A DNA stretch of 31,186 bases from the IMG/VR virus record IMGVR_UViG_3300033518_000064, positions 1 to 31,186 of that record; one strand, 5' to 3'. Made by a program: the position numbers and the translations under genes. Positions 6,530 through 16,125 of the stretch are shown here, one piece after another (the first letter of the stretch is position 1; each line of letters begins with the position of its first letter). The stretch is from a virus. Lineage: Duplodnaviria; Caudoviricetes. Below the pieces are notes generated by a model. The model was not told the origin of the DNA, did not search any database, and was given only the letters and a program-made list of their open reading frames with translations.

Positions 6530-8703
6530 GGCTGGCTCCCAGTCGTTTGTGTCGTTGCGCTCGTGGACCCTATCAGGCCCTGACGAACTAATGATCGTGC
6601 AAGGTCGGGGTTATTGCGAGCTAGATTTTCCAGAATCGCAAGGTTCTCATTCGTAGGGTTCGCGAGCAGGCGGGAAATGTCTTCGTTCGCGGAGCGACGT
6701 CCCGACGTGTTCAAGGCCTTATACGCCGCATACCACGGACTTGCTGCGCTTGCAGCCCCGGTCTGACCCAACTCATTCTGCAAGCCCTGCTTCCCGTGCT
6801 GCGCCGTGTTGCGGGACAAGATGTCCGCTGCGCGCATACGCTCGCTCGTCGAGGCTGCCAAGTTCGGATCAATCTTTGACAGGTGAGAAATCAAGCCCTC
6901 CCGCACCGGGTTCGGACGCATGGACGTCGAAGCCTGCAACACCGTAGGGTGCTCCACGAGGGTCTTCAGCGCATCCACACCCGGACTCATATCTTGATAA
7001 GTCTGTTGCCCGCGAGCGTAATGGGGGTTCCGCGCAGCCAGCTCATTCCGGGCCAGCGACAAGGCCTGCCCGCGAGCCACTGCAACGTTCTTATCCAGCA
7101 CACTTGCGTTATCCGCCGCCGCAGCGCCCTTCGGGGCCGCAGTGTTCATCGCGTTGATCCGCTTGCTCAGTTCCACCAGATTAAAGCCCTGAGGAGTCCG
7201 GGGAGCCGGCTGCTCGATCGTCGTAATGTCTGGACCACCCATCGGACGGAAGGGGGGCATAGGCTTAGGACCCATGCCAAATTCAGCCGGATCATGCAAA
7301 ACCGGACCCAAGGCACCCGATTGGGGGGCCGCTGTGGGGGCTACGGCGCGCGATCCAGGACCGGGCAATGCTAGGGGTCCACCTACGGCGGGAACGCCCC
7401 CTACGGCTGCGGGAGTTGCGCCAGCTTGTGGTCCAAGCGGAGTCACCTGGGTAAACCCACTCATAGGGCCAGGAGCAGCCGGGGCAGCCCCCTGCGGCAT
7501 GGGGTAGCGATAACCCCCCGCCAAGGTCCGTGCGGTCTGGTTTGCGAAGTCCGCGTCCAGCGTCCGACGGTTCCCGGGAGTCTGAGCCCGCTGACGCAGC
7601 GCCCGAATGATCTGTCCAACGTCCTGAGTCGGGACCAAGCCCGAGGCTTCCTCTGCCGAGCGCACAGCCTGTGTCCGAGCCCCGCGAGCTTGCTGGAGCA
7701 GGTCCTCTTGCGCCGTGGGAAAGCGTCCGGAGTTCGGGGCGGCATTCGGCACGACAGCATTATTAATCGCGGCATTCGACCGGGCTTCGAGCGTCGGAAT
7801 GTCTCCGCTCACACGGCCAGTCAGTTTCCGGGCCAGCTCACCTCCGCCCATTTCGTTCGAGACCTCGCGCTCCATCGCCCCGACCTGCGGGTTCGAGTTC
7901 GCAAAGGAGTCCCCGATAGTGTTCTGCGTGGTCCCTGCCGCCGCTAGCCGGTTGGTCTCGGCCCGAGCCTGATTAAACGTCGGAGCGTCGGTGTCCTTGA
8001 ACACCTCATGCAGTGGGCGAGCCGCGGTGCGCTTGTTCAAGAACGATCCGAGGGCCATCGCAGCCGCCGCCGAGGCACTTCCTGCAAACCGGGCCAGTGG
8101 ATTCTGCTCTGCCGTCTCGTCAAAGCCCCGACTCACGTCACCAGCAAACTCGCCAGCTGCGCCTACGCCAGCGGCCTGGGTCACGGGATTCGTTGCGAGC
8201 TTCTTTGCCAGTGCTTTCACCGTCTCGATAGCGCCCTGCGAAGCCTTGAGCCCCGCTGCATTCTTGAACGCACCTGTACCACCCAGGACCAATCCGCCCA
8301 CGGCATTCCCCGCGGAGTTCGCATAGCGTCCTGCTTGTGTCTCGGGCACATAAGTCGACAGGGGTTCGGCGGAGCTAAACGGCTTCCCGCGCATGTGAGC
8401 AATGTTCCCCGGCAGGTCCGAGATCGCCCGCATTACTTGATTCGACTGGCTCTCCTCCGCTCCCGGCGAGAATGTCCCAGGACGCACCTTGTTCACCAGC
8501 GTAGCGCCGAGCGCACCTAAGTCGCCCCCAATAAAAGGGGCCCTGATAGCCCCTTCTACTAATCCGCTAAGTCCAGCCTTGCCCACATCCGCCAGCTTGC
8601 TTATCACCGGCTTCCCGCCTTGTTGCTGCAGCCAAGCACGTTCCTCAGGTGTCAGGTCCTCGGGGGCTTCGACAATCTCACCATCTGCGAGTTTGTATCT
8701 CAT
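6526..8703 (-). CDS. Putative internal virion / DNA ejection protein
   Basis: Ala/Gly-rich, Cys-free 725 aa; third of three coupled genes between tail hub and fibre. Confidence 0.6.
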   Translation of the reverse strand: MRYKLADGEIVEAPEDLTPEERAWLQQQGGKPVISKLADVGKAGLSGLVEGAIRAPFIGGDLGALGATLVNKVRPGTFSPGAEESQSNQVMRAISDLPGNIAHMRGKPFSSAEPLSTYVPETQAGRYANSAGNAVGGLVLGGTGAFKNAAGLKASQGAIETVKALAKKLATNPVTQAAGVGAAGEFAGDVSRGFDETAEQNPLARFAGSASAAAAMALGSFLNKRTAARPLHEVFKDTDAPTFNQARAETNRLAAAGTTQNTIGDSFANSNPQVGAMEREVSNEMGGGELARKLTGRVSGDIPTLEARSNAAINNAVVPNAAPNSGRFPTAQEDLLQQARGARTQAVRSAEEASGLVPTQDVGQIIRALRQRAQTPGNRRTLDADFANQTARTLAGGYRYPMPQGAAPAAPGPMSGFTQVTPLGPQAGATPAAVGGVPAVGGPLALPGPGSRAVAPTAAPQSGALGPVLHDPAEFGMGPKPMPPFRPMGGPDITTIEQPAPRTPQGFNLVELSKRINAMNTAAPKGAAAADNASVLDKNVAVARGQALSLARNELAARNPHYARGQQTYQDMSPGVDALKTLVEHPTVLQASTSMRPNPVREGLISHLSKIDPNLAASTSERMRAADILSRNTAQHGKQGLQNELGQTGAASAASPWYAAYKALNTSGRRSANEDISRLLANPTNENLAILENLARNNPDLARSLVRQGLIGSTSATTQTTGSQP

Positions 8704-10025
8704 TGCTTTTCCCTCCGAATGCGTCCAGCGTACTCTTTCTTAGGAGCCGGTGCCGGGGGTGCAAAACCTTGTCCCGTGAACAGGCGCTCCAGATCGTCGG
8801 CATTGCGCTGCGAAGGCTTGAACGAAAATGTATGCTGCGGCAAGGTCATGCCGGAGACACGACTTGCCACTTCACCAGCTTGCCCGCTGGTCTGCGCCTG
8901 AATCTGCATCAGGTACTTCGCCTCGATCAGGAGCATCTTACGAACTGCCTCGGGATCGTTGGTCAGAGAACCTTGTGTCTCAAGCATAAACTTGCGGTCA
9001 GCGTCAGATACTTGCGCGCCGAGTCCGCCCAAGCGATCCAAGGTCTTCTGGCCCAACTGCATGGCAACCATTTCAGTCGGCGTGGTCTTGTCACTCACGG
9101 GCAAGCCCAAAGTCTCGGCCCACTTCCGTGCGAACTGGAATGCGTTGGCGCCAGCTCCCATCGAGGGGTCCTTGTCCAGAGTGTCGAGCAGGTTCGCGGT
9201 GTTCTGCAGACCCTGATTCGCGGCCACGCCCTTGTCGAAGCCCTTGCCGCCGTAGTTGAAGTATTTCGCTGCATCCTCGTCAGCGCCGGAGGTCAGCTTG
9301 TTATTAATCGTCGTGGTAGCTGCCTTCGGAGGGTACGTCACTGTGGGCTTAGTCCCTTTGGCATCAGTCGTAATAGCTACTGGATTACCGTGTGGATCAG
9401 TCGTGAACTCGGGCTTCGGCGTCGTGAGCGGAGCCACGGGAGCCTCGGGCGTCCCGCTTTGCAGATGCTGAATCGCGCGCACCGGGTCAGCCGCGCCGAG
9501 CAACTTCCCTTGCTCCATGAGCATCGCCTGACGATCCTTGGCCATCTGAGCGCCCATGCCCTGGATGCGTCCGAACTTCGAAGCTTGCGCCCGAGCAATA
9601 GCCGCAGCGATATCGCCCTTCACGGCGGGCACTTCAAAGTTCCCCATAGGCTCCATGTCTTGCGTCACAGGGCCTTGCTGCTCCTTGACTTGCGCGGGGG
9701 TACCAGCTTGCAACCGCTGCACTGCGCTCAGATCGCCGGCCTGCTCCGCGCCCATCTGCTGCATCAAGGCGGCATGCTCTGCGTCCGCCGAGCTCTCGTC
9801 CTTACCACCCAGGTAAGCCTGAAACGCTTTTGCAAGGTGCTCCAGGGGCTGCGCGATGCTCGCATGACGTCCGAACATCTGAGTGCGGTTAGCGCCCTTC
9901 AGCCCTTCCATACGCATCTGCTGGCCAGCGATCCGCCGACGCATGAGCTGCTGTACCTTCGTCTGGTACTCAAGCGGCATTACCTCTTTGCCAGAGGTCC
10001 CGAGGAGTGTATCTTCATCAGCCAT
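8700..10025 (-). CDS. Putative internal virion / DNA ejection protein
   Basis: Ala/Gln-rich helical 441 aa; GGAG RBS; position in the ejectosome cluster. Confidence 0.6.
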   Translation of the reverse strand: MADEDTLLGTSGKEVMPLEYQTKVQQLMRRRIAGQQMRMEGLKGANRTQMFGRHASIAQPLEHLAKAFQAYLGGKDESSADAEHAALMQQMGAEQAGDLSAVQRLQAGTPAQVKEQQGPVTQDMEPMGNFEVPAVKGDIAAAIARAQASKFGRIQGMGAQMAKDRQAMLMEQGKLLGAADPVRAIQHLQSGTPEAPVAPLTTPKPEFTTDPHGNPVAITTDAKGTKPTVTYPPKAATTTINNKLTSGADEDAAKYFNYGGKGFDKGVAANQGLQNTANLLDTLDKDPSMGAGANAFQFARKWAETLGLPVSDKTTPTEMVAMQLGQKTLDRLGGLGAQVSDADRKFMLETQGSLTNDPEAVRKMLLIEAKYLMQIQAQTSGQAGEVASRVSGMTLPQHTFSFKPSQRNADDLERLFTGQGFAPPAPAPKKEYAGRIRREKQ

Positions 10026-10033
10026 GTTGACTC

Positions 10034-10984
10034 CTATCTACCGAGCATCTTGGACATGAGCTGAGCCCCGGCGCTACCGGCAGGACCGCCAAGCAACGAG
10101 CCCCCAATACTCAGCAGCGAACCTAGGCCAGAACTCGAGTTCTGTTGCTGCGCATTGTATGCGTCAAGCTCATTATTGTAGTTATTCATCATGGTGCCAG
10201 CAATGTCGAACGGTTGCATCTCCGGAGCTGTCGTCGTCGAGGGCATACCCGCCACGCCGTTGACTTGTGCGCCACGGAGGTTCTGCAGGGCCGAAGCGAT
10301 CTGCTGCTGCATGGAGAGTTCCTGCATTCCTTGCTGCGCTCCGGTAATCTGCGCCCGGTCAGCAATGTCTGCGCGAGCAGTGTTCTGTCGATCTTCCATC
10401 CGGCTCATCTCGCCGTTGAAGCCTTCGTTCCCGACCTGGAATCCGCGGTCCGCAAGGTTCGTCTGCATCTGACTCCGCTCGAGAGCCATCTGCGGGTCAG
10501 TGTACCGGGACATACGGCGCTGCACTGCGTCCGCAACTTCTTGATTGTACGCGCGAGCATCCGTCGAGATGTTCTTTGTGGCATCGCCAAGCTTAGCCGT
10601 GGCGGTATCATAAATCCCTTGGGACTCGGGACTAAGCACCTGCTCGTTCGTCCACTTGTCGGAGGAATAGTCCCCTTTGTCCGGAGCTGGCAGCCCATAC
10701 TGCATACCCTGATAAGCGCCCTGCTCGTCCTGCCCTTCGCGGGTGACGCGGGGGTTTGTTGCGTACTGAGGAACCCCGGAAGCCGTATAAGCGGCCATGG
10801 CCTTGTCCCACCCGGCTTGGTCGAAGGTAGTATCCTTGCGCCAGCTGGTGGAGCCATAAGGGTTGATCGTGCTTGTCCGCGTGGCCTCGAGGCCCGCTTT
10901 CATTGTCTTACGATCTTCGATCCCTTGCAGTCGGGAGAGTTCTGCGGGATCAGGTTGCTTGGGGGCCGATGAGCTTTTTCCCAT
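10034..10984 (-). CDS. Putative DNA transfer / pilot protein (P22 gp7-like position)
   Basis: Starts MGKSSSAPKQPDP after GGAG; Gln-rich with Gly-rich hydrophobic C-terminus GLGSLLSIGGSLLGG. Confidence 0.6.
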   Translation of the reverse strand: MGKSSSAPKQPDPAELSRLQGIEDRKTMKAGLEATRTSTINPYGSTSWRKDTTFDQAGWDKAMAAYTASGVPQYATNPRVTREGQDEQGAYQGMQYGLPAPDKGDYSSDKWTNEQVLSPESQGIYDTATAKLGDATKNISTDARAYNQEVADAVQRRMSRYTDPQMALERSQMQTNLADRGFQVGNEGFNGEMSRMEDRQNTARADIADRAQITGAQQGMQELSMQQQIASALQNLRGAQVNGVAGMPSTTTAPEMQPFDIAGTMMNNYNNELDAYNAQQQNSSSGLGSLLSIGGSLLGGPAGSAGAQLMSKMLGR

Positions 10985-11393
10985 TGAATTTACTCCATAG
11001 AGGGCATTGATCTGGGAGGAGGTAATAGATGTACACATCCCCGTCTGAACAACCGTCTAAGAGTGTAGCCCCACGGTGTGCGCCCAGTCTTTCGACGAAC
11101 GCGATAGACTTGAGGTTATGAGCAGACACATACAATGTCAAACGCCTCACGGCGAGCTGATCAAAGGCGTACCATAGGGCTATGTGGAGCAGTTTCTTGG
11201 GCATCTTGCCCTCGGCCAGGGCAATATCCCCTACTACCGAGAGGGCGTTAGAGTGGTGAAAAGCGATGGCCCCAACGATCTGCCCTGTACTGTCGTAAGC
11301 ACAGAAACTCTGGCACATCTCGGGGTGCTCGGCGTTCTGGTTGTGACTTGCGAGAAACCGGGCCGCAGCCCAGGGATCATCCGCGACAATCAC
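10950..11393 (-). CDS. GNAT-fold protein of the podophage tail module
   Basis: RRLTLYVSAHNLKSIAFVERLGA GNAT motif; sits between tail hub and pilot genes. Confidence 0.7.
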   Translation of the reverse strand: MIVADDPWAAARFLASHNQNAEHPEMCQSFCAYDSTGQIVGAIAFHHSNALSVVGDIALAEGKMPKKLLHIALWYAFDQLAVRRLTLYVSAHNLKSIAFVERLGAHRGATLLDGCSDGDVYIYYLLPDQCPLWSKFNGKKLIGPQAT

Positions 11394-12937
11394 GACAACA
11401 AGCCCTGCTCAGCGAACTTGTAGTCCAGCGCAATGAGCACTGTGGTGGCGGAGAGCGAAGACACCTTGAACCGTGTCGAGAGGGCCAACGCCCCGCGAGC
11501 TGCGACCGTGACCCAGTCCTTGCTCAGGGTAAAGCTTCCACCCCACAAGGCTGTGTCCCACAGTCCCGAGTCCCAAAGGCCCGCGACACCAGCTATGCCC
11601 CCGTAGGTGCTCTCGGTGAACTCGCCTGTGAAATCCTGCGCCAGTCCGAGCGTGTAGAACACCTGGGAGTTTGAGGCGTAGAGGGCTCGCATCATGAGCG
11701 GAGTGAGCTGGTTGCGCGTCCCGAAGGAGTTATACGCCGTGTCGCAGATCGCAGTGATGGCTGCTCCGTAGTCCGTAGTCCCGACAAAGGCCCGGACCAC
11801 CGCAGTGTCCGTGGTGAAGTACACGCTGCCCTTGTACTCGATGAGGTCGTGAGCGTGCCACCCACTGAATGTGCTCCAGCCCTTGCTCTTCGTATTGTAG
11901 CAATACTGCATGGAGTTGCTTACATCCTTGGGGATGTTGAGCATGAGGAGGGAGAGGTTGGGCACCACGAGGAGTTTCCAGCCTGGGAGCGTTCCGTAGG
12001 CGAGACCGGCTTGGACCAGCGAAGGCTCGATGCGGGAGGACAGTGCCTGGGCGTAGTTCCGCACGCCCCCTTGCAGGATACTGCTCAGGGGGATCAGACC
12101 ACCCTCGCAAAGGTATAGCAGCTCGCCCCCGAGCTTGACAAAGCAATTCGCCCCGAGAGGACGTCCGACTGGGTACGTGCCGACGTAGGTCCAGGCGCTG
12201 GTGTTCCCAGGATCATTCCCCCGGAAGACTATGATCTCGCCCTCTGACGTAGCGAGCACATAATGATCGTCCTGGCCAGTTCCGCCGTCCAGCGTCCAAG
12301 TAGCGTGCCCCGTGACCTCTCCACCCTGACGACACAACGCACCCACGCGGAAGGCCGTAGCAGCGCCACTCACGGAGTCCGCGGGGAGGTAGTAGAACCC
12401 GAGGAAGTCGTTCTGCAAAAAGTACAACCGGCTGCGGTAGGTCTCAACATCCTTGAATGTCGTGGTCGTGGGACCTGTGATGGCAGGGGATGACACCCCC
12501 GTGATCTCAGTCCAAGTCGACCCATTGTAGAGCTTCGGGGTGTCTACTCCGTTGACGAAGTAGCTAAACTGCCCGGCGGACGTAGCGAAGTTCACAGACT
12601 TGCCCCATCCGTTCGTGCAGGCTGCGACAGCCGCGCCAACTGCTCCGGCCGTGCCGACTGAAAAAATCCCGTTATCGGCGGCAGCGTAGAGCTCCTGTGC
12701 GATCCCAGAGGTGTACTTGAACAGGGTCTTGGGCGCCTGACTAAACCCCGTCTTGTGGTTCGAGCAGCCTGTCCGCGTAACCAAGCTGTCCGGCTGGCAC
12801 ACCCAGTTATCCAACTGCATGGCAAAGTCTTGCCCCAAGCCAGCCACCGTGGACTGAGTATTGAGGCCTTTGACCGGGGCGGAGATCCCCTTGACCAGAC
12901 CCGCTGCTTGATCGTCGAGCCCTTGTGGAGAGATCAT
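11390..12937 (-). CDS. Tail hub / nozzle (P22 gp10-like packaged-DNA stabilisation protein)
   Basis: APVKGLN...LDNW N-terminus, beta-propeller-like repeats, C-terminal LWDSGLWDTALWGG. ATG 12937 overlaps the upstream TGA. Confidence 0.7.
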   Translation of the reverse strand: MISPQGLDDQAAGLVKGISAPVKGLNTQSTVAGLGQDFAMQLDNWVCQPDSLVTRTGCSNHKTGFSQAPKTLFKYTSGIAQELYAAADNGIFSVGTAGAVGAAVAACTNGWGKSVNFATSAGQFSYFVNGVDTPKLYNGSTWTEITGVSSPAITGPTTTTFKDVETYRSRLYFLQNDFLGFYYLPADSVSGAATAFRVGALCRQGGEVTGHATWTLDGGTGQDDHYVLATSEGEIIVFRGNDPGNTSAWTYVGTYPVGRPLGANCFVKLGGELLYLCEGGLIPLSSILQGGVRNYAQALSSRIEPSLVQAGLAYGTLPGWKLLVVPNLSLLMLNIPKDVSNSMQYCYNTKSKGWSTFSGWHAHDLIEYKGSVYFTTDTAVVRAFVGTTDYGAAITAICDTAYNSFGTRNQLTPLMMRALYASNSQVFYTLGLAQDFTGEFTESTYGGIAGVAGLWDSGLWDTALWGGSFTLSKDWVTVAARGALALSTRFKVSSLSATTVLIALDYKFAEQGLLS

Positions 12938-13650
12938 GGTACTGTGTTCCAAAGAGAGATTGAGAGGCCCAAACTACCGCTAGCGTCCTGACCCTCGAGA
13001 CTCAGCGGAGCCTTGAACTGGCTCACACTGGCTTCGCGCAGGGCGAGATCCTCGAACGCTTCCATCTCGAACCGGTGCGGCATCTGCTTGGCACGGAGCC
13101 AGAACGCCCGGAGACCGGCCTTCATGACGGTGTCGGAGAACTGCGAGGTGTCGGAGTCCGTGGTCCAGCGAGGAGCACTCACACCGCCCGAGACAATCCA
13201 GCGGCGTGTCTTATAGTAACACAGCATCGGATGACCTGCGGGCATCCCATCGGAGGTCAGGAACATCCCCCCGGACACAGAGTAGACGAAAGGGGGCAAT
13301 CCAGTCCCTGACATGACCATGCCAGCTTGCCATGCGGGGAGTGGTACAGGGCCTTTGAGCTCGCGCTTCTCGGTCAGGTCCCAGACTGTGTTCGGGATGA
13401 TACCCGCAAAATCCTGCGTGAAGAGCGTATTCAACGCACCCTGGTTTCCTCCGGCCACCGAGGTCCAGGACCCAAGGACAACGCACTGGTGCCAGTTAGC
13501 CATGCCCCAAGCGTAATCCCCTACGGTCTGTAGCAGCTCCCGCATCTGCAGCGCACCTGCGTCAGAAGCACCCTGGAGGGCTCCCGGTACGGGCAGCGCA
13601 TACTCGCGACAGAACGATTGAACTAACTGCAGTACCGTAGAGTTGGCCAT
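12934..13650 (-). CDS. Head-tail adaptor (P22 gp4 / T7 gp11-like)
   Basis: STVLQLVQSFCREY N-terminal helix, about 240 aa, directly upstream of the hub. Confidence 0.6.
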   Translation of the reverse strand: MANSTVLQLVQSFCREYALPVPGALQGASDAGALQMRELLQTVGDYAWGMANWHQCVVLGSWTSVAGGNQGALNTLFTQDFAGIIPNTVWDLTEKRELKGPVPLPAWQAGMVMSGTGLPPFVYSVSGGMFLTSDGMPAGHPMLCYYKTRRWIVSGGVSAPRWTTDSDTSQFSDTVMKAGLRAFWLRAKQMPHRFEMEAFEDLALREASVSQFKAPLSLEGQDASGSLGLSISLWNTVP

Positions 13651-13659
13651 GTTACATCC

Positions 13660-14262
13660 TTATTTCTTTGCCCCGAGCTGCTTGATCTGCTCCGCTTGTG
13701 TGGCAATGGTTTTCTCCGCTTCAGCAAGACGCACCAATGCGGCCTCCAGCGATTGCGCCATTGAGCCCTTGTCTTTAGACTCGGTCAACCAGCTGTTTGC
13801 GAGCTGCTTCACGGTGTGAGCCCCCATGCCGATGCGGGACAGAACCTCCTCGTTTGACTTAGCCAAGTCCTCGACTGTGAGGATGCCAAGAGCCAGGATG
13901 TTCTTCCGCTGCGCGGGGGAGAGCGGAGGCCAGGTCTTGATCGCAGTGCCGTTGACGGGGAGTTCTTCGCCCTTGGTCCAAGCATCATACGCGGCTTGGT
14001 ACTCGCTCGGCCACGAAGGGGGAATGCGTCCGTCGTGAGCATACTGGCGCAAACTAGCCAGCCAGTCCAGGGCAAGCTTCTCGAGCGTGTCGCGGGAGCC
14101 GGGAGCGCGGACAAGCGCCCAAGCTTCATCACGGAGGCGGGTCACCCCGTCTGTGGAGGGCACCGTGCGGTCTTCCACTGCGCGGGTCTCGAAGCGCACA
14201 AAGGGACGCTGCTCCTCAAGTTGGGAAGCGCGCACGGCTGCATTCTGCTGATTAAAGTTCAT
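13660..14262 (-). CDS. Hypothetical phage protein with helix-hairpin-helix-like motif
   Basis: LGILTVEDLAK...LSRIGMG HhH-like segment, C-terminal coiled coil; AAGGAGA RBS before ATG 14262. Confidence 0.6.
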   Translation of the reverse strand: MNFNQQNAAVRASQLEEQRPFVRFETRAVEDRTVPSTDGVTRLRDEAWALVRAPGSRDTLEKLALDWLASLRQYAHDGRIPPSWPSEYQAAYDAWTKGEELPVNGTAIKTWPPLSPAQRKNILALGILTVEDLAKSNEEVLSRIGMGAHTVKQLANSWLTESKDKGSMAQSLEAALVRLAEAEKTIATQAEQIKQLGAKK

Positions 14263-14286
14263 AGGGTTCTCCTTGGTTAATAAATA

Positions 14287-14315
14287 GTGCAATATTCGCG
14301 GGGATAAAATGCACC
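14287..14315. promoter_or_regulatory. Dyad site, copy 3 of 5
   Basis: GTGCAAT (14287-14293), 14 nt, AATGCACC (14308-14315); between the terminator and the next RBS. Confidence 0.6.
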
Positions 14316-14345
14316 AAAAAAAGGGCCAGCCTTTCGACCGACCCT
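14316..14345 (-). terminator. Rho-independent terminator after the capsid genes
   Basis: Minus strand AGGGTCGGTC-GAAA-GGCTGGCCCT followed by a T run. Confidence 0.85.
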
Positions 14346-14370
14346 CTTGAGTTGCACTCTAATCTCAGGA

Positions 14371-15084
14371 TTAGGTGATTTGACCCTGGACGTGAGGGTT
14401 GTTGATGTGGAAGATGCCGTAGCCTGTGTGTGTGAAGGTTACGGTCACAGTGGCAGAGGCAGTCGCCACAGCGGAGTTATTGAAGCCTGTGCCGCCTGGG
14501 TCCACAGACTCAATCGTACCTGCCGCGATGCCGGAGCCCGAAGGAACCAGACCGACGTACAGACCGCTAATATCGGCTACTTCGATACGCTTAGAGCCCT
14601 TGAGCGTACGGCCCACACGAGTGAAGGTACCGGAGGCTGCGGTCAGGCAAGTAGCACTAAGAACGGCTTTACCAGCTGCGGCAGTTGGCGTAACTTGACC
14701 AGCGGTGTTGCTGACAAACACGGGACCAACTGTGGCTGCAACGGCAGTCTTGATCGGGCAGATACCCGAGGCCATGACCCAGCCGAAGCAGTTAACAGCG
14801 TCGAACGCGGAGATGCAGACGAAGACTGGGCGTCCGGTGTTGCCTGTGGTGGGGCAAGCCGAAATGTTCCAGTCTTTGTCCACAACGACCAGCGTGCCGG
14901 GGATCAGTGTCGCAACAGCTTTGACGTAGCGGAAATCTCCGCCTCCGCCGTTCACAACACCAGCCACAGCTTGATAGTCGTTGCTGCAAGCACGAACCAG
15001 AGTGCCCAAGGCAATAGTCTGGGCAATATCGCCAGGGAACGAACCGATCGTGTCGGCTGTCAGATTTTGAGGGGCAAAACGCAT
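14371..15084 (-). CDS. Putative capsid decoration / cement protein
   Basis: Ala/Gly/Thr/Val-rich beta protein directly after the major capsid gene and before the terminator; AAGGA RBS before ATG 15084. Confidence 0.55.
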   Translation of the reverse strand: MRFAPQNLTADTIGSFPGDIAQTIALGTLVRACSNDYQAVAGVVNGGGGDFRYVKAVATLIPGTLVVVDKDWNISACPTTGNTGRPVFVCISAFDAVNCFGWVMASGICPIKTAVAATVGPVFVSNTAGQVTPTAAAGKAVLSATCLTAASGTFTRVGRTLKGSKRIEVADISGLYVGLVPSGSGIAAGTIESVDPGGTGFNNSAVATASATVTVTFTHTGYGIFHINNPHVQGQIT

Positions 15085-15110
15085 GATAGTTTTCCTTATG
15101 TGAAAAAGGC

Positions 15111-16100
15111 TTACGCCTTGAGCACGCCTTGCAGCGAACGGTTGGAACAAGTCATGTTACCCATCCAGAGGATAGGAGTCACGCTTGCGTCTTGGTTGAT
15201 CGGGCGCATACCTTCGCCTTCGTCACCGACCACGGTCAGGTTAGCGTCGGAGTGAGCCACGACTTCGAGATACTTCGTGTTGAGGAAGTACATGTGCGAA
15301 GCAGCCATACCCGAGTTACCGTCGAAGATCACCTTGGCTTTCTTGTAGCGCAGGGCGGAGAAGCCGGCGGCAGCGGAGTCATTGTCCACGTACTGCTTCT
15401 GGCTCGACAGACCTGTCTCGTAGAAAGTGTAGTAATCGTTGGAGGCGACGATCAGGTCCACTTGGTCATTGTTGCGAGTGGTCTCGAGGTACAGAGGCAA
15501 CATCAAGGATTCCATGACGCCAGCAACCCCAGATGGAGTGATCGCTGCGCCGCCCTGGAGGGGAGCTGCTGCGGACTGCACCTTGTTTTGCCAGAATGGG
15601 AATGCCGAGGAGTCAATGTTGCCGGGAGTGCCCAAGCCGCTATCAGCCACCAAAATCTGCAAGCCGCCAATCTGGTTTGCCAGCGTACCGTCAGCGTACA
15701 TGTCGGCGCTGAAGTTGTTGGCAAAAGTGTTGATAGCGTTGCGGATGCGAGACTTGGCCAGGGAAGCGATCTTGCTTGCGCCGTTGTTAATGCGGAGCTC
15801 GTTGCCGGAGGCGACAACGTGAATCGCAATATTGCGCCACTGGAACTCAGCTGCACTGATCACATCGGACTGAGCGACGTTCAGCAAGTCCAGGCCAGAG
15901 TAGCGCTGATACGTGCTGTTGGAAGCGTATTCCAAGGGAATCGCGATGGAGGTTCCGCCGTCTTCGGTGCGAGAGCGGCCGCCCTCAGCGATCATGCGGT
16001 ACAAGGCATTGTGCTTGGACACGTTGTCCATGACTTCCTTGCGGTGTTTGCGGAAAGTGGTGGAGACTAGCTCCGTGAAAACTGCGTTTGGAGATGGCAT
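15111..16100 (-). CDS. Major capsid protein
   Basis: 329 aa after the scaffold; ELVSTT...DNVSKHNAL...YFLNTKYL...MGNMTCSNRSLQGVL pattern typical of podophage capsid proteins. Confidence 0.85.
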   Translation of the reverse strand: MPSPNAVFTELVSTTFRKHRKEVMDNVSKHNALYRMIAEGGRSRTEDGGTSIAIPLEYASNSTYQRYSGLDLLNVAQSDVISAAEFQWRNIAIHVVASGNELRINNGASKIASLAKSRIRNAINTFANNFSADMYADGTLANQIGGLQILVADSGLGTPGNIDSSAFPFWQNKVQSAAAPLQGGAAITPSGVAGVMESLMLPLYLETTRNNDQVDLIVASNDYYTFYETGLSSQKQYVDNDSAAAGFSALRYKKAKVIFDGNSGMAASHMYFLNTKYLEVVAHSDANLTVVGDEGEGMRPINQDASVTPILWMGNMTCSNRSLQGVLKA

Positions 16101-16125
16101 TTGAAGCCCCTTTCAATTGGTTAGA

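Noticed and set aside
8649-10064. 471-aa plus-strand ORF and other long antisense ORFs (e.g. 14347-15255, 15129-16070, 23444-24385, 26272-27210)
   Set aside because: Shadows of well-supported opposite-strand genes in GC-rich DNA, with no motifs.
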